This document shows, piece by piece, positions 18,483 to 27,548 of a DNA stretch of 64,000 bases. The notes below the pieces were generated by a model. That model was not told the DNA's origin, made no database searches, and saw only the letters and a program-made list of their open reading frames with translations. The position numbers were made by a program, and so were the translations under genes. Numbering within the stretch: position 1 is the stretch's first letter; each line of letters begins with the position of its first letter. The stretch is from an uncultured delta proteobacterium (GTDB lineage Bacteria > Desulfobacterota > Binatia > Binatales > Binataceae), in the NCBI GenBank assembly GCA_963794325.1, contig CAWCDG010000003.1, positions 352,001 to 416,000 of the forward strand, written 5' to 3'.

Positions 18483-19718
18483 ATGGAAGGTTCGCGAAAA
18501 TTTGATGTAGTGATCGCCGGCGCTGGTCCTGCTGGATTGGCGACGGCGCAGTTCCTTGTTAAGCAACGGCCGAGCCTGGCCGGGCGAATCGTCGCGATCG
18601 AGAAATCGGCGCATCCGCGATTCAAGGTTTGCGCCGGCGGCCTGATTCCCAAAACGATGCTCGCGCTCGACGAGCTTGGAATCGCGCTCGACGTTCCCTG
18701 CGTCGAAGTGATCCGCGGTGAAGCGGCGACGCCGGTTGGTGATGTCGATCTGTCGCGCGGCGGCGACGTGCTCGCGACGGTGATTCGTCGCGACCAGTTC
18801 GACGCGATGCTAGCGCGCGCCGCAGTCGAAGCGGGGGTCGAAATCGTCCAACGCGATCGGGTGCTCGAGGTTGATCAGGACGCAGACGGCGTGCGCGTCA
18901 GTACCGAGTGCGGCATCTACGAAGCGCGGGTGCTGGTCGGTGCTGACGGATCGGGCAGCCGGGTCCGTCGCGCAGTGTTTGGCGCTCGCAAGGAGACGAT
19001 CGGGCGCGCATTGATGACTGACGTCGCGGTCGATCCCGAGGGCACGCCTGAATTTATCGAAAAGCGCTATCGGTTCGACTTTCGATGCGTGAGCGGTGGG
19101 ATCAGCGGCTATAGCTGGTCGTTCCCGTGTCTGATCGACGGCACACCTCATCTTAACGTGGGAATCTACGATCAGCGCTCACACGAGTTCGCTGAACCAG
19201 GTGGCGAACAAGCGCGAATGATATCCGAACTCGTTTCGGCGTTTCCTGAACTTCGGCTTGACGGACTCAAGCGGCATGCGACGCGATGGCATTCGTTTCC
19301 GATTCGATGGTTCGATGCGCGCGACAGCTATAATCGGGGACGTGTCATTCTTGCCGGTGATGCTGCCGGTGTCGATCCATTGATGGGCGAAGGAATTTCG
19401 TGCGCCTTTGAGCACGGTAAGCTTGCCGCAAATGCGATAGCAAAGTTTCTCGATGGCGATGCCGGCGCGTTGCGGTCCTACGATCGCGAGCTGCATGACG
19501 GTGCTGTGGGAAAAAAGTTGCGCAAGCTCGCGTTTGCGGCGCGTCATTTCTATGGACCACGTCACAAGCTGTTCTTCCGGATCGCGCGCATCAGCCGCCG
19601 CGCGCAGGAAATTGGCGTCGATTGGTACAACGGCGCGCACTATCTCGATGAAGCACCTACGCCGCACCTGGTCGCTCGATGGGCGCGCACGGTTCTATTA
19701 GGTGACCCTCTGCGGTAA
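18483..19718 (+). CDS. FAD-dependent oxidoreductase, geranylgeranyl reductase family
   Basis: GAGPAG, KVCAGG, RDQFD, VGADG, GDAAG.DPLMGEGI. Confidence 0.88.
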   Translation: MEGSRKFDVVIAGAGPAGLATAQFLVKQRPSLAGRIVAIEKSAHPRFKVCAGGLIPKTMLALDELGIALDVPCVEVIRGEAATPVGDVDLSRGGDVLATVIRRDQFDAMLARAAVEAGVEIVQRDRVLEVDQDADGVRVSTECGIYEARVLVGADGSGSRVRRAVFGARKETIGRALMTDVAVDPEGTPEFIEKRYRFDFRCVSGGISGYSWSFPCLIDGTPHLNVGIYDQRSHEFAEPGGEQARMISELVSAFPELRLDGLKRHATRWHSFPIRWFDARDSYNRGRVILAGDAAGVDPLMGEGISCAFEHGKLAANAIAKFLDGDAGALRSYDRELHDGAVGKKLRKLAFAARHFYGPRHKLFFRIARISRRAQEIGVDWYNGAHYLDEAPTPHLVARWARTVLLGDPLR

Positions 19719-19752
19719 CATTTCGGTTGGCGCGTGCGGTGGAGGTAGTCAG

Positions 19753-20034
19753 GTGGCGGATCGAGTGCGAGTGGCGTCTTCGCGAAAGCGTGCGGGTGCC
19801 CGGCGGCCGCCGAAACAGAAGCGGTTGCGCCGGTTGGGAATCTTCGGGCTCGCCGCGCTGGTCATGCTGATTTTGGGTTTTTTGGCGAAACGAATAATGA
19901 TCCCTTCCGCCGTCCACTACATAGCGTATCGAGCGCCCGATCAGCCGCAGGCCAATCCGCCCGCGACATCGGAGCAACTCACGCCCGCCGATCAACGCCA
20001 ACTGGACAACATCCTCAAGCGCAAGGCCAAGTGA
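19753..20034 (+). CDS. Small single-pass membrane protein
   Basis: GGAGG RBS before GTG; basic N-terminus, one TM helix, C-terminal helix; fills the operon gap. Confidence 0.65.
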   Translation: MADRVRVASSRKRAGARRPPKQKRLRRLGIFGLAALVMLILGFLAKRIMIPSAVHYIAYRAPDQPQANPPATSEQLTPADQRQLDNILKRKAK

Positions 20035-20044
20035 CGATCAGTTG

Positions 20045-20881
20045 ATGGCGGGCTCGATGCAAATTGCGGACGACATGGGTTTTCGCGTCGAGCTTGAGCG
20101 CCCGCCGGCGCGAATCGTGTCGTTGGTGCCGAGCTTGACGGAGACGCTGTTCGCGCTGGGCTTCAATTCCGAAGTCGTCGGCGTCACGAAATTTTGTGTC
20201 GAACCCGTAGCAGCGGTGGCATCGATCCCAAAAGTCGGCGGGACCAAGAATCCCGACATCGCCGCGATCGTCAAGCTCGAACCAGAGCTGGTGATCGCCA
20301 ACGCCGAGGAGAACCGGCGGGAGGATGTCGAGCGTATGCGCGCGGCGGGTATCCCGGTGTTCACGACCTACCCGCGCACGGTGCCGGGGGCCGTCGAATC
20401 GATCCTCCGATTGGGCCGTGCGCTCAGTCGCGAAGCGCAGGCTGCCGCGCTGGCCAAGGAAATCACCTTGAGCGTGAGCGGGATCGAGGCGTCGCTCGGA
20501 GTATGGAGCAAGCTGCGGCTCCGCGTATTCTGCCCGATTTGGAAGAAGCCGTGGATGTCCTTCAACGCCGACACCTACGCGCATGACGTGCTGCGGATGC
20601 TTGGTTACAACAATATTTTTGCCTCGGCGGGCGAGCGCTATCCCGTCACCACGCTCGACGAAGCCGTCGAACTCCGCCCCGATATCGTGATACTTCCAGA
20701 CGAGCCGTATGAATTCGACGAGGACGACATCGCCGAGCTGAAGCCTCTGCTGCCGCCGGCGCTCAGCCGTCGCGTCTTGATAGTCAGTGGGCGCGACCTG
20801 CATTGGTATGGCGTTCATATGGTGCGGGGGCTCAAATCGCTGGCGGAGAGAATGGCGCGAGTCCGCGCCGCGGTTCTATAA
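20045..20881 (+). CDS. Helical-backbone metal/cobalamin-binding protein (BtuF-like)
   Basis: RIVSLVPSLTETLFALG, KVGGTKNPD, ANAEEN, LPDEPY.F. Confidence 0.88.
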   Translation: MAGSMQIADDMGFRVELERPPARIVSLVPSLTETLFALGFNSEVVGVTKFCVEPVAAVASIPKVGGTKNPDIAAIVKLEPELVIANAEENRREDVERMRAAGIPVFTTYPRTVPGAVESILRLGRALSREAQAAALAKEITLSVSGIEASLGVWSKLRLRVFCPIWKKPWMSFNADTYAHDVLRMLGYNNIFASAGERYPVTTLDEAVELRPDIVILPDEPYEFDEDDIAELKPLLPPALSRRVLIVSGRDLHWYGVHMVRGLKSLAERMARVRAAVL

Positions 20882-20911
20882 TCAGTTCGCCGGATCTTAC
20901 GAGAGGTAAGT

Positions 20912-21289
20912 ATGCTCGCGAAAATCAGTCTGACCGCCGCGTTCTTCCTGATGGCAGCGCCACCGCTTGCGTGCGCTTCGTTTCGTGACGCAGGCCGTCT
21001 GTCATCGACAACGCGCCCGTCGAATCAATCGCCGGTCGGCGTCGTTCTCGCTCAAGATGATCAACAAAACGTCGGCACTTCTGACAACGACAACGATAAC
21101 GATAACGACAACGATTCAACCGACAGTGACGACGACAAGCAGGACAGCGACGACAATCAGGCGGATCAGCAAAATGCAGACGGCACCGATCAGCAAGTTC
21201 CGCCGGCGGTGCTCGGCGGGTCCGACAATGATCGGAGCGATCCGCCGCAAGCACCGCAAAATGTTTATCCGGTGAACCCCTATCAATAG
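20912..21289 (+). CDS. Secreted acidic low-complexity protein
   Basis: Signal-peptide-like N-terminus, (DN)5 and D-rich tract; GAGG RBS and TATAAT upstream. Confidence 0.6.
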   Translation: MLAKISLTAAFFLMAAPPLACASFRDAGRLSSTTRPSNQSPVGVVLAQDDQQNVGTSDNDNDNDNDNDSTDSDDDKQDSDDNQADQQNADGTDQQVPPAVLGGSDNDRSDPPQAPQNVYPVNPYQ

Positions 21290-21340
21290 TCGCGCGGCGC
21301 TTGCTCACCTGGTTGCACAATAGTCTTCGGGGGATCCACG

Positions 21341-22543
21341 ATGCCCGCACCGCTGGACGGAATCAAAGTACTCGACCTGACCAAGCTCGCTCCGGGACCG
21401 TTCTGCACCATGATCCTGGCCGACCTTGGCGCTGAGGTGATCAGGATCGAGGAGCCGGGACCTCCCACCGGAAGGCGCGCGCAGCAAGCAGGCGCAGCAG
21501 GCACGCGCGCTGGCGCCAATAACTTCAACAGCTCGCCGCACAACGCACTTGCGCGCAACAAGAAATCGATCGGGATCAATCTCAAGAGCGGGGCGGGCAA
21601 GGAAGTTTACAGTCGGCTGGCACAGCGTGCCGACGTGATCGTCGAGGAGTATCGGCCGGGCGTCGCCAAGCGGCTCGGCATCGACTACGAGAAACTCGCG
21701 TCGCGCAATCCACGGCTGATTTATTGCGCCATCACCGGCTTTGGACAGACCGGTCCGTATCGCGACCTGGTCGGCCACGACATCAACTACATTGCCACTG
21801 CCGGCGTGCTCTCGATGTTTGGACGCCCCGGCCAACCACCGACGATTCCGCACAACGTCGTCGCCGACTATGCCGGTGGCGGGATGCAGGGCGCGATCGG
21901 AGTGCTCGCGGCGCTGGTCGCGCGCAACCAGACTGGGCGTGGGCAATACGTCGATATCTCGATGATGGACGGCAGTCTCGCGCTGCTGGCGCAGGCGTTC
22001 TCGACGTTTTTCGCCAACGGCAAACTGCCCAGGCGCGGCGAGACGATAAACGACGGCGGGATTCCGAATTACAACGTCTATCTGTGCAAGGACGACAAAT
22101 ACATTACGATCGCCGCGATCGAGCCGTGGTTCTTCGCCAATCTTTGCCGCGCGCTCGGCCGCGAGGATTTTATTCCGCACGAGTACGACTCGAGCAAGCG
22201 TCCGGAAATCGCGCGGGTGTTCACCGAGACCTTCAGAACCAAAACGCGCGACGAATGGTTCGAGATTCTGAGCAAGAGCGATATCTGCGTCGGACGAATG
22301 CTCACGCTCGACGAAGTGCCGAACGATCCGCAAGTACAAGCGCGCAACATGATCGTCGAAGTCGAAGGCAACGGCGGCCGGAAGTTCAAACAGGTCGGCA
22401 TATCGCCGAAGTTCTCGGATACGCCAGGATCGATCAGGTCGCTCGCGCCGCAACTCGGGCAGCATACCGACGAAATCCTTGGCGAGCTCGGCTACAGCAA
22501 GGAAGAGCTCGATCGCTGGCGCGAGTCCGGCGCCATCAAGTAG
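21341..22543 (+). CDS. Family III CoA-transferase (CaiB/BaiF/AMACR-like)
   Basis: LAPGPFCTMILADLGAEVI, RNKKSI, GHDINY, VADY active-site Asp. Confidence 0.95.
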   Translation: MPAPLDGIKVLDLTKLAPGPFCTMILADLGAEVIRIEEPGPPTGRRAQQAGAAGTRAGANNFNSSPHNALARNKKSIGINLKSGAGKEVYSRLAQRADVIVEEYRPGVAKRLGIDYEKLASRNPRLIYCAITGFGQTGPYRDLVGHDINYIATAGVLSMFGRPGQPPTIPHNVVADYAGGGMQGAIGVLAALVARNQTGRGQYVDISMMDGSLALLAQAFSTFFANGKLPRRGETINDGGIPNYNVYLCKDDKYITIAAIEPWFFANLCRALGREDFIPHEYDSSKRPEIARVFTETFRTKTRDEWFEILSKSDICVGRMLTLDEVPNDPQVQARNMIVEVEGNGGRKFKQVGISPKFSDTPGSIRSLAPQLGQHTDEILGELGYSKEELDRWRESGAIK

Positions 22544-22587
22544 TAGCGCGTTGCCCGCCGCATCGAATCACGGTTAAGATTCGAGCT

Positions 22588-23910
22588 ATGCCACAGCCAG
22601 TTCCGATGTTCATGCGCGGCCCGCACGATCCGATTCGAATCGAGCGCGCCGAAGGCCCATGGCTCTACGCCTCCGACGGCCACAAGATCCTCGATGCGGG
22701 CGGCGGCGCCGTCGTGGTGAATATCGGGCAAGGGCGTCGCGAAATCGCCGAGGTCGCAGCGCACACGATCGGCAAGCTCGATTATATTGTGCCGGTCTGG
22801 AACTCAGCTGAGCGCGAGCGGCTGGCCGAGCGGCTAACGCGATGGACTCCGGCAGGGCTTACGCGCTTCTTTTTTACCAGCGGTGGATCGGAGGCGGTCG
22901 AAGCGGCGCTGAAGTTCGCGATTCTCTACAACAAGGCTCGCGGCAAACAATCGAAGAGCAAAATCATCGGACGCCGCTTCTCATATCACGGCAACACCAT
23001 CGCGGCACTGTCAGCGGGCGGGAGCGGAAGGCGCGCCGACTACGAACACGTTCTGCTGGACTGGCCGAAGATCGATCCGACGTACTGCTACCGATGCCCA
23101 TGGGGCAAGACTTATCCGTCATGCGATCTCGACTGCGCGACCGCGCTCGAAAAAGAGATCCTCAAGCACGGTGCTGACTCGATCGCCGGATTCATTGCCG
23201 AGCCGATGATGGGATCGAGCGGCGGCGTCGTGCCGCCCGTCAAAGAGTACTGGCCGAAAATTCGGGAGATCTGCACGCGCTACGATGTGTTGCTGATAGC
23301 CGACGAAGTGATGACCGGTTTCGGCCGCACCGGCAAGCGCTTCGGTGTCGATCATTGGGACGTCGTGCCCGACATCCTGATCGGCGGCAAGGGACTCACC
23401 GGCGGCTACATGCCGATGGGAATGATCGCCGTGAAGGAATCGATGGTTGAAGAGCTTGAGCGGGCCAAGGCCGACTTCATGTTCTACACCTACAGCTCGC
23501 ACCCGGTGGCGTGCGCGGTCGCCGACGAAGTGCTCGCAATCATGGAGCGCGAACGGCTGGTGGAGCGATCGGCAGAGGTCGGCGCGCGGCTGGGTTCGAG
23601 CTTGAAGGAAGAGCTGTCGGGGCATCCGATGGTCGGTGACATCCGCGGCACCGGAATGTTCTGGGGGATCGAGCTGGTCCAGGACAAAGCGACGCGCGTG
23701 CCTTTTGCTCCTGAAAAAAAAGTGACCAATCGAGTGCTTGGCGCGGCGGTTCGGAAAGGGCTGTTCTTTTATCCGGCGACTGGGATGGCTGGAAAGGCCG
23801 GCGGCGACGCGATGATGATCACGCCGCCGTTCATCATCGGCGACGCGGAAATCGAGTTCATCATCCGCACGGCGCGCGCGGCCCTCGACGAGATCCAGCC
23901 TAACCTGTAG
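22588..23910 (+). CDS. Class III PLP-dependent aminotransferase
   Basis: SGGSEAVEAALK, SYHG, IADEVMTGFGRTG, GKG PLP lysine; start at ATG 22588. Confidence 0.95.
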   Translation: MPQPVPMFMRGPHDPIRIERAEGPWLYASDGHKILDAGGGAVVVNIGQGRREIAEVAAHTIGKLDYIVPVWNSAERERLAERLTRWTPAGLTRFFFTSGGSEAVEAALKFAILYNKARGKQSKSKIIGRRFSYHGNTIAALSAGGSGRRADYEHVLLDWPKIDPTYCYRCPWGKTYPSCDLDCATALEKEILKHGADSIAGFIAEPMMGSSGGVVPPVKEYWPKIREICTRYDVLLIADEVMTGFGRTGKRFGVDHWDVVPDILIGGKGLTGGYMPMGMIAVKESMVEELERAKADFMFYTYSSHPVACAVADEVLAIMERERLVERSAEVGARLGSSLKEELSGHPMVGDIRGTGMFWGIELVQDKATRVPFAPEKKVTNRVLGAAVRKGLFFYPATGMAGKAGGDAMMITPPFIIGDAEIEFIIRTARAALDEIQPNL

Positions 23911-23952
23911 CTTTTGACGCTAACGTCCTGGCTTTCGTGGAGAGACCGGCAC

Positions 23953-24825
23953 ATGGCCGATAGCATCATCGGGCCGACTTCGCATTACTTTTATTCGCAG
24001 CGGCTAAAGCTGCACTACGTCGATTGGGGCAATCCCGACAAGCCGCTGCTCGTGCTCGTGCACGGCGGCCGCGACCATTGTCGCAACTGGGATTGGGTCG
24101 CGCTCGATCTGCGCAAGCATTTTCATATCATCGCGCCCGACCTGCGCGGCCACGGCGACTCCGACTGGGCGGTCGGCAGCGGCTATTCGATGATCGATTA
24201 CGTTCTCGACTTGTCGCAGCTAATGAGCGCGGTTTCGAGCGAGCCTGCCACGCTCATCGGACATTCACTCGGCGGCGGAATCGTTTTGCAATACACCGGG
24301 ACGCATCCGGAAGCGGTAAAGCGCGTCGTTTCGATCGAAGGGATGGGTCCGCCACCCGGGATGATCAAGGACACGCCCGCCTACGATCGCATGAACAACT
24401 GGATCGGCCAGATGCAGACCCTCGCGCGGCGCAAGGTCCGCGAGTACCCGTCGATCGAGGAAGCTCTCGCGCGCATGATCGAGGCCAATCCGCATCTCAG
24501 CCGCGATCAGGCGCGTCACCTCACGATTTGGGGAATTCGGCGTAACGAGAACGGCACCTACTCCTGGAAGTTCGACAACTACGTTCACGCCACGTCGCCG
24601 TACATGTTCAACAATCGTGATGCGCGCGAAATCTGGGGGCGCATCACGTGCGCGACGCTGCTCATTCGCGGCACTGAATCGTGGGCGGGCGATTGGGTCA
24701 AGGACGGGCGCATCCAGGCGTTCAAGCACGCGGAATCGGTGACGGTCGACAAAGCCGGACATTGGGTGCATCACGATCGCCTCGACGAATTCCTGGCAGT
24801 CGCGCATCGCTTCCTCGGCGTGTAG
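23953..24825 (+). CDS. Alpha/beta hydrolase
   Basis: LVHGG, PDLRGHGDS, GHSLGG, AGHWVH. Confidence 0.92.
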   Translation: MADSIIGPTSHYFYSQRLKLHYVDWGNPDKPLLVLVHGGRDHCRNWDWVALDLRKHFHIIAPDLRGHGDSDWAVGSGYSMIDYVLDLSQLMSAVSSEPATLIGHSLGGGIVLQYTGTHPEAVKRVVSIEGMGPPPGMIKDTPAYDRMNNWIGQMQTLARRKVREYPSIEEALARMIEANPHLSRDQARHLTIWGIRRNENGTYSWKFDNYVHATSPYMFNNRDAREIWGRITCATLLIRGTESWAGDWVKDGRIQAFKHAESVTVDKAGHWVHHDRLDEFLAVAHRFLGV

Positions 24826-24842
24826 CGACATCGGCGCCACTC

Positions 24843-26906
24843 ATGCGACGACCTACACTTTCGCTGCGCACCGATCAGTTCGAATACGTTCAGCTGATTC
24901 TGCTGGCGGTCACCGTCGGCATTCTCGCGGCGCTCGGAAATCTGGGCTTTCGCCAACTGATCGAATTTTTCTCGTGGCTGTTTCGCGCGGTCGAGTGGAA
25001 CGCGCTCGGAATCCAGCACGCCGGATGGCATCGAGCGCTGATCCCGGCGATCCTGCTGAGCGGCGGCGTCGCGATCCTGTTGCTTGACCGCATCTTCCCG
25101 GGAGACGTGCTCGGTTACGGCTTTCCGAATTTCCTCGAAATGGTCAATCTCGGCACCGCTCGACTCAAGCGCCGTTGGATCTTCGTCAAAGCCGCGGGAG
25201 CCGCGCTTTCATTGGGCGCGGGCGCGTCGGTCGGACGCGAAGGTCCGATCGCGCAGGTCGGGGGTGCGATCGGCTCGACTATCGCGCAGCTCAGAAAATT
25301 GTCGCCGGACCGTGCCAAGGTGCTGATCGCTGCAGGAGCGGGTGCCGGTATCGCTACAACCTTCAATGCGCCCATTGGCGGCCTGATGTTCGCGCAGGAA
25401 GTCGTCCTGCTCGGCCACACCGAAATCGCCAATCTCACATTGCTGATCATCGCCACCTTCACCGCGGTTATTACTTCGCGCGCGATTCTCGGCAATGCGG
25501 TCGTCTTCATCACGCCCGAATTCGTGCTGCGCAGCTACTGGGAGATGGCGACCTATGCGCTCATGGGCGCGGCGCTCGGCGCACTGGCCGCAGGCTACAT
25601 CCGATTCTTCAACGCCACCGAGGCATGGTTTCGCCGGCTCGACCTACCCGTCTGGGTGAAGCTCGAGGCGGGACTTGCCGTCGTCGGCGTAATTGCAATC
25701 TGGCTTCCGCAAAACTTGTCCGACGGGTATCCGGTGATCAACCGCGCGATGGCCGGCGAGTTCGGCATCGGAATGCTGGCAGCGATGGCCTGCGCGAAAA
25801 TCTTCGCCAGCAGCGTCTCGCTCGGATGCGGTGCTCCGGGAGGCTCCTTCGGACCGACGTTCTTCATCGGCACGATGGCCGGCGGCCTGTTCCAGCGCAT
25901 CTCTTCGCTGGTAATTCCTTCGCTGACCGGACCTCGCGGATCGTACGCGCTGGTAGGGCTCGGTGCGTTTCTGGCTGGTACCACGCACGCGCCACTGACT
26001 GCGCTGTTCCTGCTCTGGGAGATGACGCACAGCGATACGATTGCGTTGCCCTCGATGATCGCGACGATCACGGCTCTGGTCGTGGCTCGCGCGATCGAAA
26101 CCGAATCGATCGACGAGTTCCGTCTCGCGCGCGCGGGCAAAAAGCTGCAGATTGGCCGCGAGCGGTTGGCGCTCACGCTCATACCAGTCAGCGCCGTCGT
26201 AACCAAGAACGTGACGATGGTGTCTGAAAACACTTCGCTCACGGAAGTTCTGCGCACCGCGGGTGAGACCGCCCAATCGACGTTGCCGGTCGTCGATAGC
26301 GACGGTAACTTCGTCGGGACGATCGTGGTCCGTGATCTGTTGTCGATGATCGGCGGCGGTCAAGAGCTTGGCCCGCTCGTCAACGCATTCGACATTTGCA
26401 ATACGCATGCTCCCACGGTGCCGCTCGACGCGAACCTCGATGAGGCGAGCCAGCTGATGGAGCACGACGGCCTCGACGAGATTCCGGTCGTCGATCGCAC
26501 CACACTGCGGTTTCTTGGGCTCGTGACGGGCAGGCATATTGCGCAAGCGCTCAATCGCGTGTCGGTGTCACTCTCGACGCTCGCGACCCGCGACTCAAAC
26601 ATTTACTGGGCGACCGGCTATCGCGTGACGCGGCTCACGGTTCCCGCTACCGCGGCGGGGAAAACTGTGCGTCAGATCGATCCGCGCGCGCGATTCAGCG
26701 TCACGGTTCTGGCTGTTCAGGATGCGAACAATCCGGACGGCGGTTTCGCGCCGATCACTCCTGACCTCCCATTGAAAGCAGGCGACGAATTGATCGCGGC
26801 AGGACGTCCGCAAGATATTCGGCAATTCACAGCTGAATTGGACAGCGTGGAACCTGTCGGCGCGGCGCGCGCCTCATCTCAGGCGAGCGGATCGGGAAAG
26901 ACGTAG
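24843..26906 (+). CDS. ClC-family anion channel/antiporter with CBS pair and TrkA-C (RCK-C) domain
   Basis: GREGP, FNAPIGG.MFAQE, GG.FGP, HAPLTA motifs; two CBS repeats; C-terminal AGKTVRQIDPR...LKAGDELI. Confidence 0.92.
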   Translation: MRRPTLSLRTDQFEYVQLILLAVTVGILAALGNLGFRQLIEFFSWLFRAVEWNALGIQHAGWHRALIPAILLSGGVAILLLDRIFPGDVLGYGFPNFLEMVNLGTARLKRRWIFVKAAGAALSLGAGASVGREGPIAQVGGAIGSTIAQLRKLSPDRAKVLIAAGAGAGIATTFNAPIGGLMFAQEVVLLGHTEIANLTLLIIATFTAVITSRAILGNAVVFITPEFVLRSYWEMATYALMGAALGALAAGYIRFFNATEAWFRRLDLPVWVKLEAGLAVVGVIAIWLPQNLSDGYPVINRAMAGEFGIGMLAAMACAKIFASSVSLGCGAPGGSFGPTFFIGTMAGGLFQRISSLVIPSLTGPRGSYALVGLGAFLAGTTHAPLTALFLLWEMTHSDTIALPSMIATITALVVARAIETESIDEFRLARAGKKLQIGRERLALTLIPVSAVVTKNVTMVSENTSLTEVLRTAGETAQSTLPVVDSDGNFVGTIVVRDLLSMIGGGQELGPLVNAFDICNTHAPTVPLDANLDEASQLMEHDGLDEIPVVDRTTLRFLGLVTGRHIAQALNRVSVSLSTLATRDSNIYWATGYRVTRLTVPATAAGKTVRQIDPRARFSVTVLAVQDANNPDGGFAPITPDLPLKAGDELIAAGRPQDIRQFTAELDSVEPVGAARASSQASGSGKT

Positions 26907-27538
26907 GGACGCGCACGTCCCGCTCGAATTTCTGCGCACATTTCCTCGACCGTCTTTACGTCGTTGTCGAATTCAGTCGCGACGGTCATGAACCATTTTC
27001 CAGTGGCGAAATGAGCGTCGCTGCCACCGACCGCGGTCAGCCCGAGCTTGAGTGCCGCGTCCTCGGCTCGCCGATTCTCCTCGACCGAGTTCTGACCGTT
27101 CAAAACTTCGACCGCCCCAATCGCCGCGCCATGACGGCTCAGCAGCGCATCCAGCCGCACTCCGTAGCCCGAATCGCGAAATGGATGCGCCGGAATTGCG
27201 ACGCCGCCCTCGTGATGAATCACTTCAATCAGGCTGTCGCTCTTGAGCATCCGCGCCGTCAGATCGAATCGCCGCATCACTTCTTCGTTCACCCCGAACA
27301 GCAGCAGATGGCCGAGGTCGGTGTCGGCCTCAATCCCTCTGAAGATGGCGATTTGAAATCGTTCCGCGAGTTCCGCGTACAGTCGCTCGACGTCGGCATC
27401 GATCGGGAACAGCCGATGCTCTGTAAAACAGATGGCGCCGAGGCCCCGTCCCGAACTCTTCGCGAATTCAAGATACTGCTCGGGTGCGACGTTGGAGTCT
27501 GACGAGAGCCTCGTGTGGACGTGGAGGTCGGCGATCAT
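26879..27538 (-). CDS. PHP-domain phosphoesterase
   Basis: DLHVHT, FTEH, GIE, GHLL, AHPFR, GGSDAH metal-binding motifs. Confidence 0.9.
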   Translation of the reverse strand: MIADLHVHTRLSSDSNVAPEQYLEFAKSSGRGLGAICFTEHRLFPIDADVERLYAELAERFQIAIFRGIEADTDLGHLLLFGVNEEVMRRFDLTARMLKSDSLIEVIHHEGGVAIPAHPFRDSGYGVRLDALLSRHGAAIGAVEVLNGQNSVEENRRAEDAALKLGLTAVGGSDAHFATGKWFMTVATEFDNDVKTVEEMCAEIRAGRARPYVFPDPLA

Positions 27539-27548
27539 CAACAGGACT

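Noticed and set aside
21724-22587. N-terminal extensions suggesting fusions (ORFs starting at 21724, 13215, 38246, 53598, and 46294 on the minus strand)
   Set aside because: The extensions overlap other genes; family similarity starts only at the downstream starts used above.
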